A DNA stretch of 43,540 bases from positions 1 to 43,540 of the IMG/VR virus record IMGVR_UViG_3300033420_000011. One strand, written 5' to 3'. Shown here piece after piece: positions 37,151-43,540 of the stretch. Each line of letters opens with the position of its first letter. Position 1 is the first letter of the stretch. Origin of the DNA: a virus. Lineage: Duplodnaviria; Caudoviricetes. The notes under the pieces were generated by a model that was not told the origin of the DNA, made no database searches, and saw only the letters and a program-made list of their open reading frames with translations. The translations under genes were made by a program, and so were the position numbers.

Positions 37151-37659
37151 TTGAGTTTACTGCAGACTTTGCCCGATTTAATTCAGACGCTGAAAAAATT
37201 GATTTCCAATGGAAATTAACTTATGCTCATATGCTAAAAAATAAGATAGTCAAAAATATTGATAAGAATTTTGGCGGTAGAGTTGTAGGTCAGCAAGGGA
37301 CTGCTGGCATTCGTTCGGGGCGTTCGGGGGCCTTGCGTAATTCTGTAGTGGTCAGTATAGAGAATAATGAACCAATAATAACAGTTGGTGGGCAAAATGT
37401 ACCTTATGCTAGTATACACGAATTTGGTGGAATTATAACCCCAAAGAATCGCAAATGGTTAACTATTCCAGTGGCGGATGATGTGCGAGGTCGGCGAGCT
37501 AAAGAATTTAAGTTACATTTTATTCAATTTAGCAATGCAAGAGCTGGATTATTCGCTGAAGATAAAAGACTAAAATATCTACTAGTGAAGCGTGTTACTA
37601 TTCCAGCAAGACCATATATTCAGCCAGCGATTGATGAATTAGAAGCAGGTGCATCATGA
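37147..37659 (+). CDS. Neck/virion morphogenesis protein (HK97 gp10/Mu gpG-like)
   Basis: RSGALRNS, NVPYASIHEFGG.I, V.IPARPYIQPA. Confidence 0.82.
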   Translation: MIEFTADFARFNSDAEKIDFQWKLTYAHMLKNKIVKNIDKNFGGRVVGQQGTAGIRSGRSGALRNSVVVSIENNEPIITVGGQNVPYASIHEFGGIITPKNRKWLTIPVADDVRGRRAKEFKLHFIQFSNARAGLFAEDKRLKYLLVKRVTIPARPYIQPAIDELEAGAS

Positions 37660-38114
37660 TTTTGCAAGCTTTAAAAGAAAGATTTCAAAATATAACAACG
37701 ACAAACGGCTATCCTGTAACAATACAAAATGTTACATTTGAACCAAAGATGTCCATGAATTATAACAATAATTTATTACCACTGATTGAAATAATCAATG
37801 GTGATGAAGCTTATAAGATTACGACTGGCGGTACTGTAGAGGTCGACAGTGAATTTATTTTCAGGATTATTGCTAAAAAAGCGACAACTGATGATGAAAT
37901 GACAGTGATAAAAGGGTGTATTATGCGTTGTTTATACGCTAATGCTTATACAGGGCGAGCAAATGGAGCGATTTCATTGCCGCACAATGGACATAATTTA
38001 ATCCTTAATTCAATACCTTTACAGACAATTACGGATTTAAATATGCTAGATGCGAACAGGATTTGGAATTTAATATATAATATAAAATATATTAAAAACA
38101 TAATGAATATGTAA
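37656..38114 (+). CDS. Putative tail terminator
   Basis: Position before tail tube; LKERFQNITTTNGY, LPLIEI. Confidence 0.65.
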   Translation: MILQALKERFQNITTTNGYPVTIQNVTFEPKMSMNYNNNLLPLIEIINGDEAYKITTGGTVEVDSEFIFRIIAKKATTDDEMTVIKGCIMRCLYANAYTGRANGAISLPHNGHNLILNSIPLQTITDLNMLDANRIWNLIYNIKYIKNIMNM

Positions 38115-38121
38115 GGAGATT

Positions 38122-39738
38122 ATGATGTCAAAATACAGATCGAACCTAGATTGGAAGACTCAATATAATTCTAACAAACAAGGATACGCGAATCCGTTAG
38201 AATTATATCCATTTCTACGCAAAGAAACCGTAGCTGGTACGGTTAATGTGCCACAATGTGGGACTCAAGGCGTGTCAACTTCAGGAGCTACTCCAAGCGT
38301 TGATTTGTCCGCTGAAACAGAGGACAAATTTAACATCAATGTAGATGGAACGGGTGTATTAGAAATAACAATATCAAATGCCTCTCTAACTACTGGCGAT
38401 TTAATCGCTGTAGAACTTGAAACCAAAATAAACACAGCTCTAGCAACTGCTAATTATGATGTGCGTGTATGGTGTGATTATTCATCAGCTGTATATCATG
38501 TGTATAGCCAAACAACTGGAACATTATCCTCAGTGGTAATTACTCCTGCAACATCCGACGACGTTGCAAGCTTGTTAAAATTAGGCGTGGGAAATGCTGG
38601 AATTGAAACAGTAGGAACCGACTCCGATGACTGGATATACATCACAAAAGCAGGCGTAAACTTCTCGCAAGAATATGCTGAAACTGCTCACCGTTCAGGT
38701 CGTCAAGCATCTTCAATATACAAGAAAAAGAAGATGGCTGAAGGCAGTATGGAAATGTATGTATTGCTAGGCGAATCAGGCGGAGATATCTATATGCCAA
38801 GCGGATTAAAAACAATTCTGCTATCTGCATTTGGAAATCAAAGCGTTGACGAAAATAACACAGCTGTATACGATATGAAACAACCACATAGCACGACTTT
38901 CACACTATTGACAGCTAATAATGTGTTTGGACAAGTAACAAATGGTTGTTATATTAAAACTTTTTCTCTTGAATGTGCAGGAGATGACGCCGCTAAAATA
39001 TCAATGGATATTAAGGCGAGAGACTCAAAAGTATCAATTCCAGCCAAAATTTTAACATCCTCAACAGGTGCATCTATTGCGGTGGTTGTAGGACAAGAAC
39101 AAAATTTTGAAGTTGGTTCAAGCGTAATGATTGTTGATACTGATGGGCGTACGGTAGTAGCTGGAGCAACTGGAAGTTTGGCGGTAACTGGAATCAACAC
39201 AACGACACATCTAGTAGCCTTAAACGCTTCAGTAGTAGCAACAGCAACAGGTTATTTAGTTCCTTATTACCCGATATTTGGCTATAATATTCCTGCTGAT
39301 AACGCTCAAATTTCAACAGATTTAAGTGGTAGTGTTTCGTTTGATAATGGGGCTACTGTTGTTGATACTGTTACATCTTTTTCAGTTAAAATTGACCCTC
39401 AATTAACAGATTTAGATAATTATTATGGTGAAGATGGAAATAGGGGATTTGTTGACGGCTCGAAAACGGCTATCACGGTGAGCGTTGTGCTACACTTGAC
39501 AGCGGAACAAGGAAATCTAATTTTAAAAGCTAAACGCTTTTTTGAATTTGATATGAAGATGATTGTAGGCTTTCTAGATAACCAAAAGATGGTAATTGAA
39601 TGCCCACGAGTTGTTTTTAAAGTTCCTTCTGTAGAAATACCTGAGAATGGTGCGGTTGAAGTTACTCTTGAAGGTTCGGCACTACAAACAAGAGCTGGGG
39701 CATTAGATGCGATTAAGTGTACTTATATTAACGCTTAA
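38122..39738 (+). CDS. Major tail tube protein with inserted accessory domains
   Basis: Position; Thr/Ser-rich; GCYIKTFSL, C-terminal IECPRVVF..PSVEIP..G.VEVTLEG. Confidence 0.72.
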   Translation: MMSKYRSNLDWKTQYNSNKQGYANPLELYPFLRKETVAGTVNVPQCGTQGVSTSGATPSVDLSAETEDKFNINVDGTGVLEITISNASLTTGDLIAVELETKINTALATANYDVRVWCDYSSAVYHVYSQTTGTLSSVVITPATSDDVASLLKLGVGNAGIETVGTDSDDWIYITKAGVNFSQEYAETAHRSGRQASSIYKKKKMAEGSMEMYVLLGESGGDIYMPSGLKTILLSAFGNQSVDENNTAVYDMKQPHSTTFTLLTANNVFGQVTNGCYIKTFSLECAGDDAAKISMDIKARDSKVSIPAKILTSSTGASIAVVVGQEQNFEVGSSVMIVDTDGRTVVAGATGSLAVTGINTTTHLVALNASVVATATGYLVPYYPIFGYNIPADNAQISTDLSGSVSFDNGATVVDTVTSFSVKIDPQLTDLDNYYGEDGNRGFVDGSKTAITVSVVLHLTAEQGNLILKAKRFFEFDMKMIVGFLDNQKMVIECPRVVFKVPSVEIPENGAVEVTLEGSALQTRAGALDAIKCTYINA

Positions 39739-39752
39739 TTAAGGGGATTATT

Positions 39753-40073
39753 GTGGACCATTGGTCGAGGACTGAAAATTTAATTGAAAATATTAGTAAT
39801 AGTTTTACATCTCGACCGATACGCTGTAACGCCTATGCAAAATTTTTTGTAAATTACAGCTGGTCAAATTTAACTTCAGATAGTTATTTTGTGGTGGAAC
39901 TTTGCACGTCAACTAATAACGAATTAGGAGAATGGGTAGAAGTCAAAAGGGCTTATTTGCATGGTATTACAGGAGTTAATTTTTGTGACGGTCTGATATG
40001 TGGTACTTGGATAAGGTTAAAAGTTAATCAGCTTAATTGTGTCTTAACGGCTCAATTAGTGTTGAAGAATTGA
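39753..40073 (+). CDS. Small beta-sandwich hypothetical protein
   Basis: GGGGA RBS; W.EV...WIRLKV pattern. Confidence 0.55.
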   Translation: MDHWSRTENLIENISNSFTSRPIRCNAYAKFFVNYSWSNLTSDSYFVVELCTSTNNELGEWVEVKRAYLHGITGVNFCDGLICGTWIRLKVNQLNCVLTAQLVLKN

Positions 40074-40081
40074 GTAATTAA

Positions 40082-40567
40082 ATGACAACTTATACAGAAT
40101 TACAAGAAGAACACAGAGAAATTAAACCCGAAATAAGTGGAACCGTATTATTAGGATATGAGCAAGCTAGTGATAAAATTCAGGTCTTAAATGTGGACTT
40201 TGAGGGCAAATTATTAGTTAATGCAGGTACTGCATCCGTATATGAAACACAAAGATATTACGCAAATAAAGATATTGTTAGTAATAACTATGACTTAGTA
40301 TTCACTAAAGTGGCTGAAAATAATAAAAAGTATCGCATTGAAAAGGTTTTGTTTTGTGGCAACGGAAATGGCATATTGCGTTTGTTTTTTGACAACCTGC
40401 CTATTATTTCATTACACAATTCTTATTTTTCCCCCTCTGTTAGTTTTGATTCTGATATACTACTAGAGGCGGGACAAACATTAACCGCAAAAATCTTAAA
40501 CAGCTCGATAGTAGGCGACACAAATTACTATGAATTGTTTATATTTTACAAGGAGTTACCCGCATGA
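40082..40567 (+). CDS. Putative virion decoration protein
   Basis: LNVDFEGKLLVN segment followed by a beta-rich domain. Confidence 0.55.
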   Translation: MTTYTELQEEHREIKPEISGTVLLGYEQASDKIQVLNVDFEGKLLVNAGTASVYETQRYYANKDIVSNNYDLVFTKVAENNKKYRIEKVLFCGNGNGILRLFFDNLPIISLHNSYFSPSVSFDSDILLEAGQTLTAKILNSSIVGDTNYYELFIFYKELPA

Positions 40568-40767
40568 AATTCGAAGATATCGATTATGAGAAAGAAATAA
40601 AGTTGTCCTTAGCTCGTAAAGATTGTTTTGCTTTACAGGCATCTTATTCTGAGATGCAAAAAAATGTATTAGAAGCAAAGAGGACGTTAGTAGAGCGACA
40701 AAAAAAACTTGAAGAAATTCAAGTGAGAGTAAGAGAAGCTGAACAAATATTACAAAATTTGCAGTAA
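40564..40767 (+). CDS. Small coiled-coil protein
   Basis: ATGA overlap, AAGGAG RBS, heptad pattern. Confidence 0.65.
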   Translation: MKFEDIDYEKEIKLSLARKDCFALQASYSEMQKNVLEAKRTLVERQKKLEEIQVRVREAEQILQNLQ

Positions 40768-40821
40768 TCATTGAAATAATTGTTATTTTAGTGATTTTTT
40801 TTAGTTTTTAAGGAGGTTATT

Positions 40822-41415
40822 ATGGCTGATTATAACGGAAGTGTTGGCGTCAAATCGATTAGAGACGATGAATTAAAAATCATTATCGTTGACGGCGCTA
40901 GTGGCGATACAGCTACTCAAAAATTAGCAATTGATGCTAATGGAGCTGCTAATGTTCACGCTACAGATTTTGATATTCGTGATATTGATGCATCTCAAGA
41001 TAATATTGCGATTTCTGACGGCACAAATGCACTAGCTATAAATGCTGATGGTAGTATCAATGCATCGATTACAGAGTTTGGAACTCGATATGTAAGCTAC
41101 AAAAAAGGTACTGCAGTAGCAAAAGATGCTACTGATGTACTAGATTATGTGATTACAGATACAAAATTATTCAGTGGTTTAGGCATTCTTGTTGGTGCTA
41201 GAAGTGCGGTAAAAGTTGAAATAGCTTATGCGGTTGATGGTACTACATTTGTTAACAAATATGTATATTTTCAACAACCTTCGATGAATTTCCATCAAAG
41301 AATTGAAGGCTTATCAATATTATCTACAGGATTGCAAGCAATAAAAGTAACTGTTACAAACTTAGACGATGAGGCTTCTGATATCTACACATCAATTGAA
41401 TTTATTGAAAAATAA
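40822..41415 (+). CDS. Putative virion decoration/fibre protein
   Basis: AAGGAGG RBS; repeated LAIDANG / LAINADGSIN motifs. Confidence 0.6.
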   Translation: MADYNGSVGVKSIRDDELKIIIVDGASGDTATQKLAIDANGAANVHATDFDIRDIDASQDNIAISDGTNALAINADGSINASITEFGTRYVSYKKGTAVAKDATDVLDYVITDTKLFSGLGILVGARSAVKVEIAYAVDGTTFVNKYVYFQQPSMNFHQRIEGLSILSTGLQAIKVTVTNLDDEASDIYTSIEFIEK

Positions 41416-41424
41416 GGATAATTT

Positions 41425-41823
41425 ATGACAGCAACAGCAGAGGAATTGAAATATAGCACAACTACTAAGATTACTGGAAATTCAGAACTCTCTGCTGTAG
41501 ATGTCGAGGCAGGAGCTGGCAAAAATAGGATGTTTGTTGAGTCGCTATTTTACTTTAACACTTCCTTGCAAACAACGTCAAAAACGCTCACAACTTCGGC
41601 TACTAAACTCAGTGTTGGAGCTAGCAATTTAAGCAACCGTAGAGCTATTGTTATTCAAAATATTAGCAATAATACTATCTATATTGGAAATTCTAGCGTC
41701 ACAACAGCCAATGGAATAGCACTGTCCTCCAAAAATACACAACTATATCTGGCAGGCTCTAGCGTTGATGTCTATGCAGTTGCTGGCTCTAGTTCTGATA
41801 TTAGAATTATGGAGGTATCTTGA
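41425..41823 (+). CDS. Putative virion decoration protein
   Basis: RRAIVIQN.S..TIYIG.S.VT.ANGI.L beta-sandwich pattern common in phage structural genes. Confidence 0.6.
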   Translation: MTATAEELKYSTTTKITGNSELSAVDVEAGAGKNRMFVESLFYFNTSLQTTSKTLTTSATKLSVGASNLSNRRAIVIQNISNNTIYIGNSSVTTANGIALSSKNTQLYLAGSSVDVYAVAGSSSDIRIMEVS

Positions 41824-42239
41824 ATTTATTTGAGGAGTTCTCGGCCCCATGGTTCGCTCAAGTCTCGCCAGGCGTCTCGCCAGGTTTTGTATTTTCCAAA
41901 GATGGAAATGTTACCGTTGGAACATATCTAAGAACGGGGGACGTGCAAACAAATAATACAGGACAACCTATTTTTGGAGCCAATCATTTAATTAGAATGC
42001 GAGTATCTGCAGGGGGGAATGCCGTTTCTAATACAGTCATTCAATTGCGAGCTCGTACAGCAGTATCAACGTTTTCCGATATTGCAGGTGCTTCTATTAC
42101 TCTCACCGCTGGAAATTATACAGCAACAACAGAATTAGATGTCATTCTACCTAATAATGTTGAATTATGTGCATATAATAAAAGTGGTGGCTCTTTGTCA
42201 AATGTTGTTCTTGTCTTATTTTTGATGCCTTACTCTTGA
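41820..42239 (+). CDS. Putative virion structural protein
   Basis: TTGA overlap, GGAGG RBS, Gly/Thr-rich beta protein. Confidence 0.55.
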   Translation: MNLFEEFSAPWFAQVSPGVSPGFVFSKDGNVTVGTYLRTGDVQTNNTGQPIFGANHLIRMRVSAGGNAVSNTVIQLRARTAVSTFSDIAGASITLTAGNYTATTELDVILPNNVELCAYNKSGGSLSNVVLVLFLMPYS

Positions 42240-42290
42240 TTTTCTATTTTGTATTATTTATAATAAAGCTATACTCTGAGGAATAAAAAG

Positions 42291-42554
42291 ATGAACGTGA
42301 CACTAGAGAATTTATTAATTGGCATAGCTATGATAATTTTTTCATTATTAAGCTATTTTATAAGTAAAACATTCAAAGATTTAACAACAAAACTCGATGA
42401 TAATAGCGGTATAATAAACGAGCTAAAATTACAGTTAGCAATCTTCACCGAAAAGTTTGGCAATTCTAGCTTCTTATTTTCTGAGTTCAGTAAGAGATTA
42501 GAAAAATTAGAGCTAGAGTTTAGAGAATGCAAAAATAAAGGATGTGCAAAATGA
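42291..42554 (+). CDS. Holin-like membrane protein (single TM plus coiled coil)
   Basis: LLIGIAMIIFSLLSYFI hydrophobic helix, coiled coil, RLEKLE; lysis-module position. Confidence 0.55.
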   Translation: MNVTLENLLIGIAMIIFSLLSYFISKTFKDLTTKLDDNSGIINELKLQLAIFTEKFGNSSFLFSEFSKRLEKLELEFRECKNKGCAK

Positions 42555-43354
42555 GAGTACTAAGTATTGATGGCGGAGGCGTTAAAATTGCGAGAGCGTC
42601 TAAATATATTGTCGAAAATAAAGCGTTATTATCATCTTTTGACTGTTTTGCTGGTAGCTCGGCTGGGTCAATTATCGCTGGGGCGTATGCGTATGGCATT
42701 AGTGCTGAACAAACACATGACTATTTTTTACATTTTATTCCAAGCATTTTTAAGCAGAGTATTTTTGAAAAAATGCAAGATATCAATATATATCAACCAA
42801 AATACGATATAGAAAAATTAAAAAAAGTAATTTATGCTATTTTTGGAGCTGTAAAATTAAAAGATTTAAAAAAGAAAATTATAATTCCTACTTTCGATTT
42901 GAAGAGGAAAAAGCCTAAAATTTTTAGCAACATGACAACAAAAGATAGTGACGAAAAGCTTGCGGATGTTATTATTTCATCTTGTTCCGCTCCTACTTAT
43001 TTCGCTGCTCATAATCACTTGATCGATGGTGGGATGTGTGCAATTAATCCATCATTAGTAGCGTGGAATGATGTTATTTACAACGGCGGTACTGTTGAAT
43101 ATATGCTAAGTTTATCAGGCTGTAATAATAAAAACAGTCAAACATTAGAACTTGATAATGCAGGATTAGCACAATACGCACCGAAAATAATTGATTTACT
43201 TTTAGATGGCTCTAATGATTTACATCACTATTTCATGCAAAATACCCTAAAAGATAAATATAAAAGAGTTAACTTTTTTATAGAGCATGATATTAAAATG
43301 GATGATTATAGCAGAATAGACGATATATTACACGCTAAAGAAGTTATTTTATAG
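42551..43354 (+). CDS. Patatin-like phospholipase
   Basis: VLSIDGGG, GSSAG (GxSxG), SCSAPTYF, DGG; ATG 42551 overlaps the previous stop (ATGA). Confidence 0.95.
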   Translation: MRVLSIDGGGVKIARASKYIVENKALLSSFDCFAGSSAGSIIAGAYAYGISAEQTHDYFLHFIPSIFKQSIFEKMQDINIYQPKYDIEKLKKVIYAIFGAVKLKDLKKKIIIPTFDLKRKKPKIFSNMTTKDSDEKLADVIISSCSAPTYFAAHNHLIDGGMCAINPSLVAWNDVIYNGGTVEYMLSLSGCNNKNSQTLELDNAGLAQYAPKIIDLLLDGSNDLHHYFMQNTLKDKYKRVNFFIEHDIKMDDYSRIDDILHAKEVIL

Positions 43355-43365
43355 GAGTCTCTAGA

Positions 43366-43539
43366 GTGAATAAGGAAATCCAGTGTCCAAAATGCAGAGA
43401 ATTAAGTTTAGTCCCTTCAGCGCTAACTAATCCTTACGCGTATAGATATTATATATTAAAGTGTTGTCATTGCGGAGAATTCACAGAGATTGATAACCTA
43501 GAATTAAGCAAAGAAGAGGAAATTTATGGAATGTACTAA
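43366..43539 (+). CDS. Small zinc-ribbon protein, 57 aa (not in ORF track)
   Basis: AGGAG upstream of GTG; MNKEIQCPKCRE...KCCHCGEFTEID with two CxxC pairs. Confidence 0.7.
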   Translation: MNKEIQCPKCRELSLVPSALTNPYAYRYYILKCCHCGEFTEIDNLELSKEEEIYGMY

Positions 43540-43540
43540 A

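Larger units (their letters stand above)
1..43540. mobile_element. Tailed bacteriophage genome (siphovirus-like), near complete
   Basis: Terminase, portal, HK97-type protease and capsid, tail tube, tape measure, tail fibre and replication genes fill the window; no bacterial housekeeping flank, no tail sheath or baseplate wedge genes recognised. Confidence 0.95.

Noticed and set aside
8586-43354. QueC + TGT-fold + patatin as a type IV CBASS or Qat-like defence system
   Set aside because: No CD-NTase or Qat ATPase/TatD is seen; queC sits in a full preQ0 pathway and the patatin is ~31 kb away in the lysis position
1-43540. Alternative genetic code
   Set aside because: Standard-code ORFs tile the genome, and TGA, TAG and TAA all end genes with overlapping starts; this also argues against hosts that recode TGA
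1-43540. Integrase, att site or tRNA genes
   Set aside because: No recombinase motifs or cloverleaf sequences found by eye; a tRNAscan/Infernal run would be needed to exclude RNA genes fully
43526-43540. Plus-strand gene MECTKC... continuing across the putative circular junction
   Set aside because: It would lie antisense to the well-supported VRR-NUC paralogue and lacks a second CxxC; not supportable as a gene

Overview
AT-rich, apparently near-complete genome of a tailed dsDNA phage, probably a long-tailed siphovirus, using the standard genetic code. The left arm (minus strand) is a replication/recombination module: two tandem VRR-NUC nucleases (one missed by the ORF track), a Cas4-like exonuclease, a RecT/Bet-like annealase, a putative SSB, an SNF2 helicase, a primase-polymerase/helicase and a small unannotated RHH regulator. 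Next is a ~1 kb non-coding region with a ~125-bp-arm inverted repeat built from TTCCGAC units (probable origin). The rightward arm starts with a complete 7-deazaguanine DNA-modification cluster (ParB-like, dpdA, queD, queE, folE, queC), the terminase and a repeat-delimited accessory cassette region. The virion module is permuted: tail chaperones with a -1 frameshift, a ~2500-aa tape measure, tail tip and fibre come BEFORE portal, protease, capsid, neck and tail tube. The lysis position holds a holin-like gene coupled to a patatin phospholipase, and no endolysin is recognisable. I found no integrase, tRNA, CRISPR array or reverse transcriptase. All calls come from reading motifs by eye; no database searches were run.
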